Positions 1 through 9,059 of a DNA stretch of 64,000 nt are shown piece after piece. Made by a program: the position numbers and the translations under genes. Source of the DNA: an uncultured Acidobacteriota bacterium (GTDB taxonomy: Bacteria > Acidobacteriota > Vicinamibacteria > Vicinamibacterales > 2-12-FULL-66-21). The number at the start of each line of letters is the position of its first letter. Position 1 is the first letter of the stretch. The notes below the pieces were generated by a model that saw nothing but the letters and a program-made list of their open reading frames with translations, was not told the origin of the DNA and did not search any database. The DNA is taken from NCBI GenBank assembly GCA_963797625.1, contig CAWCQI010000043.1, positions 9,587 to 73,586 on the forward strand, written 5' to 3'.

Positions 1-555
1 CGGACCCACGGGTCGACGACGCTGGCAGCCGCCTACGAGGGGCGCAGCGCATCGAAGACGGTGCAGGTTGTCAACAACTACGCTGGAACCTGGTCAGGTC
101 AGTACATCGTCACGGCGTGCACTGATTCGGGCATCTTCACAGACGGCGTCCTCGGCGGCAGCTTTGTCGACGTGCCGTGGTGTCAGGCAGTCGGCCGCAT
201 CGGTTCGGCGCATCCCTTCCTTTTCGCGATCACCCAGAGTGGTGAGACTTACAGCGAGATTCGTGCAACATTCGGCTGGGACACCCGGCCGGTCACCGGG
301 ATTCTGACCGCTGACGGTCGACTCAGGGTGGAGGGCACGTCAAGGGTGCTGGATTGGTACGGCGATCCTTGGGCTGACTGGCAACTCAGCGGATGGGACA
401 CGAACCTCGACCGGTCCGGTGGCATGACTGGTCGCTGGGCGGAGAACCTGACCATGCTTGGTGGGGCGGGTCATACGTACCAGGAAGTTGAAATCGCCAC
501 GATCTCACGGAGCGCGACGGGCGCACCGAGTGCCTCGCCATTGCCATCGCGGTGA
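1..555 (+). CDS. hypothetical protein (5-prime partial, open to window start)
   Basis: Track ORF 61..555. The same frame has no stop back to base 1. No family motif recognised. Confidence 0.4.
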   Translation, partial: RTHGSTTLAAAYEGRSASKTVQVVNNYAGTWSGQYIVTACTDSGIFTDGVLGGSFVDVPWCQAVGRIGSAHPFLFAITQSGETYSEIRATFGWDTRPVTGILTADGRLRVEGTSRVLDWYGDPWADWQLSGWDTNLDRSGGMTGRWAENLTMLGGAGHTYQEVEIATISRSATGAPSASPLPSR

Positions 556-649
556 CTGTCGTCCACTGCGATATAGCGGTCGGTCAGTTCCCTGACAGGA
601 CGTTTCTGCTCTCCACGATCGGAGGTGACGGTGGTTGGCGTGCGGCCGT

Positions 650-850
650 CTAGTGCCTCCGACGAAGCTGCCCGTGGTCGAGCGGATCGCAGAGGCAAAT
701 CGCCGACACGCCGTACGAGCGGAACACGCAGCACTCGCCGCGTCGCGGTGTAATCATCGAGCCACAGTGCTTGCACTCGTGGAAATGCAGGCACCATGTG
801 TGGCTCATGCGTGCGAAGGAATCGGATCCGCACGAGGGGCATGTGAGCAT
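650..850 (-). CDS. small Cys-rich protein resembling the GDCCVxC-domain (seleno)protein family
   Basis: Track ORF 650..940. The internal Met at 850 gives MLTCPSCGS...HECKHCGSMITPRRGECCVFRSYG, i.e. the CxxC...CxxC...G(D/E)CCVx layout. The final motif Cys is Arg (CGC) here. Confidence 0.55.
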   Translation of the reverse strand: MLTCPSCGSDSFARMSHTWCLHFHECKHCGSMITPRRGECCVFRSYGVSAICLCDPLDHGQLRRRH

Positions 851-1207
851 GCCCACGACTTTGGCCGCATTCAGGCGTGAAGGTCGACGCTCGACGTTCG
901 TCGGCTGCTTCGTCGTGAGGGTGGCGGACCGCCTGCGCATCTAGTGGTCTCCGCGTTCAGTCAATTCCGCGAGGGTGGCCCGGCGTGCACGCAATCGACC
1001 GGACGTCGTTACACACAAGCGGCGACACGGGAAGAAAGCAGGACATCCGCCGACATGTGCCTCCAGGCCGCCCGACAGACAGGGCCGCGCGGGGTCCACT
1101 CTATGAGGGCGACCCGGAGAACGCAAGCGAGACGTCAGTGTCGCGCGGAGTTTACGATCAGGGCCGGCACCTGCAGCAACCGAATCTGCCCGGTGCCGCG
1201 TCATGGT

Positions 1208-1648
1208 TCACTTGAGCATCAGCTCTCGCGCGTACTTGGTGGCGACCACTTCGCGGTACTTGCTCCGCTCCTGGTAGCCCTGCATCTGCGCCTGGTCGGG
1301 ACCCATGGTCTGCTCGTTCAGCGCATCGGCCTTCTCTTCGTTGGACTCGACGGCCGCGAGGCTTGCGAACTCCCTGAGGATCAGCAGGTTCCACGCGCCA
1401 CCGTCGTCCATCGTTCGAAGGATCTTGTAAGACTTCTCGAACCCTGCCTTGACCTGGGCATCCTCTGTCTTCTTGAACTGGCCGTCCAGATACTGCATGT
1501 ACATCTGGTCCATGCCGGGCGCGATCTTGATCATGGTGACGGTCCAGACCGTTCCGGGCGTGAAGTACTTGTGAACCTGGCCAATGAGCGGTGTGGCGAC
1601 GGCAGCGGCGAGGGCCACGACCAACAGGCCTTTCATCATCATTCGCAT
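1208..1648 (-). CDS. secreted hypothetical protein
   Basis: Track ORF 1208..1756. Internal start MRMMMKGLLVVALAAAVATPLIG gives a signal peptide, preceded by GGAGGAAGAG (SD-like). Confidence 0.6.
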   Translation of the reverse strand: MRMMMKGLLVVALAAAVATPLIGQVHKYFTPGTVWTVTMIKIAPGMDQMYMQYLDGQFKKTEDAQVKAGFEKSYKILRTMDDGGAWNLLILREFASLAAVESNEEKADALNEQTMGPDQAQMQGYQERSKYREVVATKYARELMLK

Positions 1649-1879
1649 GTCTCTTCCTCCGGTGCTGTGCCGAGAGCGGTGATCAACCTTCCCCAGGGGA
1701 TCCCAGCGTACACCCCGAAAGGGCGACTGGAAGCTCGAGCCGGACGCCAAGGACACGCGGCGAGCTCCGACTCGAGGTCAGACTGTTACGGATGAGCCGG
1801 AACTGTATCACGAATCCGGGTGACCTGGAGAGACACCATCCGCGAAGTCGGAAGAAGTCGGAAGTGGTCTGCTCGACCG

Positions 1880-3551
1880 TCAGGGTGAGCGCCGGCCCGC
1901 CTCGTTCGGACTCCCGGCGGCCTGCTCAGATGCCTGGTACGTCGTCAGCGACGGCGCGTCTTCATCGGCGTCCAGCAGCCAGACGCGGCGTCCAGCGAAA
2001 TATGTCAGCAGGCGGCGGTTGCTGTCTGGATCCATTTCTCTCGCCCACACGACGCGCGACCCGTCGATATCCGCGTCGTTGTACACCCATTCGTTGTCAA
2101 ACGGGTGATCGTCGTCATACCGCACGATGATCAAATGACGATCGCCATCGTGCGCGAGCCGGTCCAGGATTGCGGCGCGTCTCAGTGCCCACTCCGGCTG
2201 GAATCCACGGATCGGCAACGCGAACGAGATCCACAAGTGATAGGCGCAGGCCAGTGGGAAGAGCCAGAAGAGGAGCCGGCCGACCGGAATGGTCCGCCAC
2301 GCGACCAACCGGAGTCGCCGCAGGGACTGGATCAGGAGCCAGTAGACGATGCAGGTGAGCGGCGCAGCGTAGTGCGGAAACATGTGCGTTTCCATCAGGA
2401 GGGCCGCTGCGAACAGGAGGCACGCGCCCACCGCGAACTGCATCCACCGGTCTCTCCACAGCCAGGGCAATGCCATCAGTGGCAGCCACAACACGCTGCC
2501 GAGGAAGAAAAAGAACAGGTCGTTTGCCTTGCGGCGGGTATAGTGCGCGAAACCAGAGAGGGTATGCTCGCGTCTGTAGATCTCCAGCTCCTCGATCTGA
2601 TAATCGCGGATGGGGGCGTGCCGGGTACGGCAACACGGACCGCGCACGCTGCCAGATGAAGGTCGGCTTCATGGCGTACGTCGATTCGTGAAGGACATAC
2701 GGCATCTCCAAGGGATTGCCGGTCACTCGCCAGTTGTAGAGCGCCATCCACGCGGCGCCCAGCACGCAGACCGCGCCGACCGTCGCCACGGTCCGGCGCA
2801 GCACGACCGGACGCTCCGCCCGGGCCTGAAACAGCCAGACAGAGACGAGCGCAAGCACAGGAACACTCGCCACAAATCCCTCGTACGGCCGGCTGTTGGC
2901 GAGAACCACGAGCCCGATCGCCATCGCCAGCGCGTCCCGGACGCGGCCATGACGCACCAGTCTGCGCACGCCGCCGAAGACGAGCGCGCCGCCGCACGCC
3001 GCGACCCATCCGCCCCAGTAGCTCTGGCTCCAATAGCTCGGGATCCCGATGCGAGCGAGGACGAGGAGACTGCCGAACAGCGCCCAGGACGGAGGCACCC
3101 ATGCCAGCAGCATCCAGTAGATGGCGGCGCATCCAAGACCAGCGCTGATCCACACCCCGACGACAGGATGCCCGCCGATCAGCGTGCCCAGCGCAAGGAC
3201 GAGCCCCTGGGCCGGCGGGTACTTCGAGGCATAGGTCGGCTGCTGCACGATGTGCATGCTCTCGAAGTGCGGCCACATCGGATGCGCCGGATTGGTGAGG
3301 CGGCCGTGGACGAACGTATCCGCCGCCAGGAGGTAGCTGAATTCGTCATGAACCCAGGGCTGCGGGAGATGCGTGCTCCACGCGGCCATGGCCGCGCCGG
3401 AGAACGCCAGCAAGCCGATCACGAAGCCGCAGACCATGCGATGCCGACCGGCACGGGCGAGCCACTGCTCGGGAATGCGTAACCAAGTGAAGCGGGCATT
3501 ACCTCGGACGGGACCTGCCTCTGCCATAGTCGGAATCGCGTTCGAGCTCAT
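1880..3551 (-). CDS. polytopic membrane protein, GT-C/ArnT-like glycosyltransferase fold (frame break near 2640)
   Basis: ORFs 2115..3551 and 1880..2647 join into one ~555-aa multi-TM protein. It has an N-terminal DEFSYLLAADTF loop motif and many hydrophobic spans. The C-terminal soluble part is IIVRYDDDHPFDNEWVYNDADI. Confidence 0.55.
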
Positions 3552-3666
3552 CGAGGCATGCTATCCGCGATGCCCGCGATTCACGAAAATCACGGTCCGG
3601 CGCGAAGATGGACGCGGGCCTGTACTCTGACGTTATGCCCGGCGGGGATGCCTGGCGGCTGGGCGG

Positions 3667-4297
3667 CTACTTACACGTACAGGCAGCCGAGCAGCCGCCA
3701 TCGAAGGTTCGATTGCAGCTCGACGACCCGTGGCCGACAGCGGCGCAACGCTGCTCGCAGGCCGCTGCCAGCGCCGTGCAGTCGCACGGACAGTTCCACC
3801 CGCCGGACACGGCTGGTTCGCGCTGGAACGTCAGGCGGCCGGTCGAACCCCTGCTGGCCGAGAGCGCCGCCTCCAGCTGAGCGCGCCGAATCTTCGCGCA
3901 GGCTCCAGCGGGCCTGCCCGGAAGCGGCGGCTGTCACGGCGACGACGGTGCTGTCACGCAGGGTTACGCCGGCAATGGCGATCGGAACGACGACGCGGCC
4001 GCGGCTGTGCCCTCCCATCGCGTCGAAAGTGCAGAAGTCCTGTGTGCCTTTCAGGCGCGAGGATTCGTCGAGCACCCAGATACGGAGGGCGTAGTTCACT
4101 GGCTGGCTGTCCTCGTTGCGCTGCATCACCGTGAGCGACGGCGCATCGAAGACGAGCGTCCGCTGCGGGTCGAGCCAGATCGGCGAGCCCTCCGGGTTGA
4201 TGACGCGTGCCGGACGATCAGCCGCGAAGAGCGCCACGCCGCAGGCGAACAGTGTCAGCCAGACGGTCCAGCGGATTGCAGGATATCGTCGCCACAT
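3667..4297 (-). CDS. secreted hypothetical protein, 3-prime end uncertain (possible frame break near 3885 leading to a Cys-rich tail)
   Basis: Track ORF 3671..4297 has a signal-like N-terminus MWRRYPAIRWTVWLTLFACGVALFA. The last ~70 codons have lower third-position GC than the alternative frame, which ends at 3667. Confidence 0.4.
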
Positions 4298-4343
4298 GTG
4301 ATGTCCCTCCGCAAGCTCGCCGGAAGATCCGTGCCGCCGAGAA

Positions 4344-5180
4344 TCAAACGACAGAAAGAGCCTTCAGCGGAACAGATCGGTGATCGGCCCAGTCGGGAAC
4401 GCGGGAATGAGCAGGATCGACGCCGTTCCAGAACTGCGCCGCTGCGGCGTGAACACGCTGCACGACTTCGTCGGTGAACTGAGACTTGTGACATCTCATC
4501 GACAGCGCCGACGCCTGCAGATCCTGCGGGCTGAACGAAACACGCGCCGTCGCATACCGCGCGTCCGGCACGACGAGGGGCGGCTCGCCACGCTGCGGGA
4601 GCATCGCGCGCATCGCTTCAGCGGGCAGATACATGTAGAAGACGCGGTCGGGCACTCCGGGCGCTCGCGCGCGCTGAAGTTGCGTCACGATGCTGCTGAC
4701 CATTCGATGGTCGGGGTGCCCCGATCCTCCCTCCGGTCCCCACGTGACGATCACATCGGGTTTTAGGCGCTGAAGCTCCTGGGCGATGCGCTCCGTCAAT
4801 CGATACACGAGCGCGCGATCCCCGGCGTAGTCACCGAGCTTGCCGTCCGGAAAGCCCAGGAGGATGGGCGGCTTCAGACCGAGCGCCTGCGCGCCGCACC
4901 GCGCTTCCTCGGTGCGCATACGCACCAGGTCCTGATCGGCTGGAACCGTATCCCCGCGCGCGGCCGCGAAGCCGGTGCCCTGTCCCCCGTCGCTCGCAAT
5001 CAGCAGATGGACCTGCACGCCCTCGCGCGCATAACGGGCGAGTACGGGCGCGACGGGCCCCTCGTCGTCTGCATGCGCGAGGACGGCGACGAGCGTCCTA
5101 GGCGCAGCTACCTGCGAACGCGACTCTTCGTGGGTGAAGAACACCAGCGGAGCGAGGACGATCAGAATGAACGCATGCAT
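4344..5180 (-). CDS. PIG-L/LmbE family deacetylase, secreted
   Basis: VAVLAHADDEG, LIASDGGQG and GGSGHPDHRMV motifs. The Met at 5180 gives signal peptide MHAFILIVLAPLVFF (alternative start 5228). Confidence 0.8.
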   Translation of the reverse strand: MHAFILIVLAPLVFFTHEESRSQVAAPRTLVAVLAHADDEGPVAPVLARYAREGVQVHLLIASDGGQGTGFAAARGDTVPADQDLVRMRTEEARCGAQALGLKPPILLGFPDGKLGDYAGDRALVYRLTERIAQELQRLKPDVIVTWGPEGGSGHPDHRMVSSIVTQLQRARAPGVPDRVFYMYLPAEAMRAMLPQRGEPPLVVPDARYATARVSFSPQDLQASALSMRCHKSQFTDEVVQRVHAAAAQFWNGVDPAHSRVPDWADHRSVPLKALSVV

Positions 5181-5244
5181 GGCGGCACTCCAGCGGGTAG
5201 AGACAGCCGCGGCGATCCCGGATGGCACTCGGCCCGCCTAACGT

Positions 5245-5369
5245 CAATCCGAGGGGCTTCGCCCCTCGGACTCCCCGACACGCGCCCTCGCTCGCCGCTG
5301 CGCCGGCTCGCTCCGGTCACGTGGCTCGCTCGCAAAGCTCGCTCGCGCTGTTTCCTGCCGGCAGTTTAG
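5245..5369. repeat. REP-like intergenic repeat, family A copy 1 (inverted relative to copy 2)
   Basis: Hairpin CCGAGGGGC-TTC-GCCCCTCGG at one end and palindrome CTGCCGGCAG at the other. By eye ~85% identical to the reverse complement of 17072..17197. Confidence 0.8.
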
Positions 5370-5515
5370 AGAGTTTCTAATGTAACGCCGTTCGGCTCAC
5401 GTAACGTGTTTACCGTCGTACCTTCGGACCGCGCACCGGCTCGCCTGCGGCACCTGCGAGCGCATCGCGCTCCCCGACAGCGGGTGGTGAATGAGTTGAC
5501 TCTACGGTTCGGGCG

Positions 5516-5710
5516 TCACGCGACCAAGAATCCGAGCTGAACGAGCATCAGGCTGACCAGCCCCACGACGAAGACCAGGACCAGCACGACCCGCTGTCTT
5601 GGTTCCAACGGCTTCGCAAGATGAATCGCCCCGAACACGGCGAGAGCGACGGCCAGCAGGATCAGCAGCACGCGCGGATTGTAAGGCGTCTGACTTGACG
5701 CGGCGTTCAC
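5516..5710 (-). CDS. small two-TM membrane protein (hypothetical)
   Basis: GTG at 5710 gives VNAASSQTPYNPRVLLILLAVALAVFG...VVLVLVFVVGLVSLMLV. Short, with no homology recognised. Confidence 0.3.
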   Translation of the reverse strand: MNAASSQTPYNPRVLLILLAVALAVFGAIHLAKPLEPRQRVVLVLVFVVGLVSLMLVQLGFLVA

Positions 5711-5909
5711 GCGGCGACACAGTCTATCCGCCGCCAGCCTCAGCAAGCGACCCAGTAAGCCGGCCGAGGTCACCGCGACGGTAGTTTCGGCCAGAATCAG
5801 GGCATCGAGACAAGGGAGACAACCGGCGGCAGTTGGCCGCACAATTGGGACGCATAATCAGGCGGCCCACGGCGCGGAACGGGTAGATTCATCCCGAACG
5901 AGGAAACGC

Positions 5910-6836
5910 ATGGGCGCACCTTCGGATGCCGAGCGGCTCGCAACGGTGGTGCTGGGCTCACTCGACGATCCCGTGGACAGCGGGGTGTTGGCGCGGCGGG
6001 CCTATCGCAGCCGGACGCAGTTCTTCCGGGTCTTTCGCGCGATGATCGACGAGACCCCGTCAGCCATGCGCAGGCGTCTGCTGCTGGAGCGCGGGGCCTG
6101 GCAGCTCGCGCGGACGACCCGTCCCGTGACGGACATCGCGTTCGACGCCGGCTACGGATCGCTCGAAGCGTTCACGAGGGCGTTTCGACGGGCGTTCCGC
6201 ATCTCTCCGAGCGTCTACCGGCGCATGGGAGCCACTCATATCCAATTGCCGGCGCCCAACGGCATGCACTACTGCGCGCCCGACGCCCGTTCAGGAGGAG
6301 ACGCTATGGACCTGTACGAGATCTTTGCAGGGGCTGAGTCGTTTCACGTGAGGAAGCTTCTGGAGCAGGCGCGGGGCTTGAGCGACGAACAGCTCGACAG
6401 GCCCCTCGAGACCTCCGCGCGCGTGTTTCCGTGGCCTACGCCGGCGCAGAGTCTGCGCGACTTGCTGAAGCGCCTCGTTCAGACGAAGGAGGTCTGGACG
6501 GCCGCCTTGACGGGTGGCGCATTGCCGAATCTCGAAGCCGAATCGCCTGCGCAGGGAACACCGGCGGCGCTGATGGCGCGGCTGGAGAAGGCCGATGGGG
6601 AGTTCAACCGGATCCTCACGGACGTGCGCAACCGCAACGCCTGGGGCGACACGTTCGTCGACGCCTTGTGTGAGCCGCCGGAAACGTTTTCGTTCGCCGG
6701 CATGTTTGCCCACGTGATCACGTTCAACACCTACCAGAGACTCCTGGCCCTCGACGCGATGCGGCGACTGGGGGTGAAGGTGGAGGGCTTCGGCTGCCCG
6801 ACAGAGTACGAAGCCAGCGCCTTGTCGACGAAATGA
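5910..6836 (+). CDS. AraC-family HTH regulator fused to a DinB-like C-terminal domain
   Basis: SRTQFFRVFRAMIDETPSAMRRRLLLERG...ITDIAFDAGYGSLEAFTRAFRRAFRISPSVYRR (AraC HTH), plus a helical DinB-like C-terminus. Intact ORF with a GAGGAAA SD. Confidence 0.8.
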   Translation: MGAPSDAERLATVVLGSLDDPVDSGVLARRAYRSRTQFFRVFRAMIDETPSAMRRRLLLERGAWQLARTTRPVTDIAFDAGYGSLEAFTRAFRRAFRISPSVYRRMGATHIQLPAPNGMHYCAPDARSGGDAMDLYEIFAGAESFHVRKLLEQARGLSDEQLDRPLETSARVFPWPTPAQSLRDLLKRLVQTKEVWTAALTGGALPNLEAESPAQGTPAALMARLEKADGEFNRILTDVRNRNAWGDTFVDALCEPPETFSFAGMFAHVITFNTYQRLLALDAMRRLGVKVEGFGCPTEYEASALSTK

Positions 6837-6931
6837 GCGCGACTGGTGCGACCCAGCACCAGCGGGGCCCGCGCCCGTGGTCGCCCGGCTGGCGCCAGGC
6901 GACCACGGCGGAGCTGATTTATCGACTTCGG

Positions 6932-7399
6932 CTATTGCTTTTCGTAGAAGGACAGGGCGTCGACCGGCTGCCCTTTCACGTCGACCCCCTTGGTGGTCGT
7001 CGTCCGCGTCTTCCCGTCCTCGGAAACGGTGATGACCTGCGAGACGGTCGGCTTTCCCGCCTGCTTGATCGACATACGCGTCGTCCTGGCGTCGACGCGC
7101 GTGAGGGCGATGGTGTCGCCGTACGGGTTGCTGCCCGTCATCTTGACGTCCTGCCCGTCGTACTTTGCCGTGAACCCCCACTGCACTTCCTTGCCGTCCT
7201 GTGCGACGAGCTCGACGGTGAACTTGACGCCGTCCCCGACGGCCTCGACCTTGGTTCCTCCGCCCTTGTAGGGGGAACCCTTCGACTTCGCGGCGTTCAG
7301 TTTCCAGGTGCCCACCAGTGGGTTCGTGGCCTGGGCGAAAGCCGCCGTGCTGGCGACGATGACGAGTGCCGCCGTTGTGAGAAACCGGTGAATGGTCAA
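6932..7399 (-). CDS. secreted lipocalin-like beta-barrel protein
   Basis: TTG start at 7399 after GAAGGA. Signal TIHRFLTTAALVIVASTAAFAQA, then NPLVGTWKLN... typical of lipocalin-like domain proteins. Confidence 0.6.
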   Translation of the reverse strand: MTIHRFLTTAALVIVASTAAFAQATNPLVGTWKLNAAKSKGSPYKGGGTKVEAVGDGVKFTVELVAQDGKEVQWGFTAKYDGQDVKMTGSNPYGDTIALTRVDARTTRMSIKQAGKPTVSQVITVSEDGKTRTTTTKGVDVKGQPVDALSFYEKQ

Positions 7400-7515
7400 A
7401 GTGAGTCCTTCTGCTGTATGCGTTTCCTGGGAGTGTGAGCGGCGAGAGTCTGACTCATCAATAAATCGAGCGCAAGCGCATTCTTCAGAGGCGCCGCTTC
7501 GATCCTTGACTTGGG

Positions 7516-8454
7516 TCAACTGCGAGTGAAGAGGTCCCCGGCGAGATACTTCAGACCGGTGTCCACCGCGACGGTCGCCACGGTCTTTCCCGGCCCCAAT
7601 TCCCGGGCGAGCTGCAGGGCGGCGGCGATGTTGAGCCCGCTGGACGTTCCGACGAGCAGGCCCTCCTCGCGGGCCACCCGCCTCGCCATCGCCCTGGCGT
7701 CCGCTTCATCCACGGTCCGGGCCTCGTCGTAGGGGTGGTCGGCCATGTGTGGCGGCACGCTGCCGGTGCCGATACCTTCGACCCGGTGCGCGCCGCTCCG
7801 GCCCTGCGTCAGCGCCGGCGACGCCAGCGGCTCGAGCGCGACGATGCGGGCGGCGCTTCCCGCCTCTTTGAACGCCTTCGCGACGCCGCGCAACATGCCG
7901 CCGGTGCCGACGGCACCGCAGAACACGTCAACCCGGCCGCCGCACTGCTCGAGCAACTCGCGGCCGATTCCCATGTAGCCCAGGACGGCATCTTCGTTGT
8001 GGAACTGATCGGTCCAGTAGGTGTCAGGCTCGCCGGCCAGCACGGCAATCTCCTGCTTGAACCTCTCGAACAGGCCCGGCGTCACTTTCCCGCCGTCGCT
8101 CTGCACGAGACGAAGCTCCGCGCCCAACGCTTCCATCGTCAACAGCTTCTCGCGCGCGAACGCGTCCGACGAGAGCACGACGAATTCGTATCCCTTCGCG
8201 GCGCAGACCATCGCGAGCGACGAGCCGGTGCTGCCGCCCGTGAACTCGACGACCCGCATGCCCGGGCGCAGCACGCCACGTGCCTCGGCACCCTCGATCA
8301 TGGCAAGCGCCATGCGATCTTTGTACGAGCCGGTGGGGTTGGTCAGCTCCAGCTTGACGATCACATCGGCGCTGCCAGCCGGCACGATCCGCCGGAGATG
8401 AACCAGCGGTGTTCTGCCGATCGCACTGAGGACGGAGTCGCCTCCGGCAGTCAT
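7516..8454 (-). CDS. cysteine synthase / PLP-dependent beta-replacement enzyme family
   Basis: GRTPLVHL...KLELTNPTGSYKDRMA (PLP-Lys motif) and GGSTGSS. Intact; Met at 8454. Confidence 0.85.
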   Translation of the reverse strand: MTAGGDSVLSAIGRTPLVHLRRIVPAGSADVIVKLELTNPTGSYKDRMALAMIEGAEARGVLRPGMRVVEFTGGSTGSSLAMVCAAKGYEFVVLSSDAFAREKLLTMEALGAELRLVQSDGGKVTPGLFERFKQEIAVLAGEPDTYWTDQFHNEDAVLGYMGIGRELLEQCGGRVDVFCGAVGTGGMLRGVAKAFKEAGSAARIVALEPLASPALTQGRSGAHRVEGIGTGSVPPHMADHPYDEARTVDEADARAMARRVAREEGLLVGTSSGLNIAAALQLARELGPGKTVATVAVDTGLKYLAGDLFTRS

Positions 8455-8456
8455 CG

Positions 8457-8957
8457 TCACGAACCGAAGGCTACCACGCGCGCGAGGATGGCGGCGACGC
8501 AGGTCTGCGGCGTTGCGACAGCCGTGTCCACGACGACCCGATCGCCCGTCCACGCGTGGAAGTCATGTGCCCCCACCTCGGGCCAGGTCGGCACCCGGTG
8601 GTTGGCAATGTCCGGCCGACGCGACTCGACGCGACGGCGATGCTCGCGCGGGTCCGAGCACACGACCTCGACGTCCAGCACGAAGACACCGGCGCGTGCG
8701 GCAACCTGGCGCCACTCCGCTCGCGTCAGTTCCCAGGGGTTCACCGTGTCGGCGACGACGGTGAGCCCGAGCCGCAGGTTGTCCTCGGCGACGACGTACG
8801 CGACCCGGTAGCCTTCAGTTTCGACGGACAGGCCGGCATCCCGCAGCGCCTGCTCGATTGAATCGACGCGGACGTGCACCGCGCGCAGGGATCGCGCCAG
8901 CTCGCGGGCAATGGTCGTCTTTCCGACGCCGGGCAGACCGCTGAGGGCAATGAGCAT
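8457..8957 (-). CDS. P-loop kinase-like AAA ATPase (AAA_33-like)
   Basis: MLIALSGLPGVGKTTIAREL Walker A. Its stop lies 3 nt from the start of the downstream cysteine-synthase-like gene. Confidence 0.7.
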   Translation of the reverse strand: MLIALSGLPGVGKTTIARELARSLRAVHVRVDSIEQALRDAGLSVETEGYRVAYVVAEDNLRLGLTVVADTVNPWELTRAEWRQVAARAGVFVLDVEVVCSDPREHRRRVESRRPDIANHRVPTWPEVGAHDFHAWTGDRVVVDTAVATPQTCVAAILARVVAFGS

Positions 8958-9059
8958 GGATGGGCCCGGGCCGATTATGCGATCGAGTCCGCGCCGCGTG
9001 CTGTAGCCGAGCACGCGTGACTCACGATACGCTGTGTCGGCAGGACGCAGGTAACAACC

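Noticed and set aside
700-720. Possible selenocysteine (TGA) recoding in the GDCCVxC-like gene
   Set aside because: The codon at the variable Cys/Sec position is CGC, not TGA. There is no in-frame TGA in the ORF and no SECIS-like hairpin to consider.
3690-3715. GGTTCGATT T-loop-like motif suggesting a tRNA
   Set aside because: The flanking bases cannot form a T-stem or an acceptor stem, and the site lies inside or antisense to a protein-coding ORF. No tRNA-like cloverleaf was found anywhere in the window.
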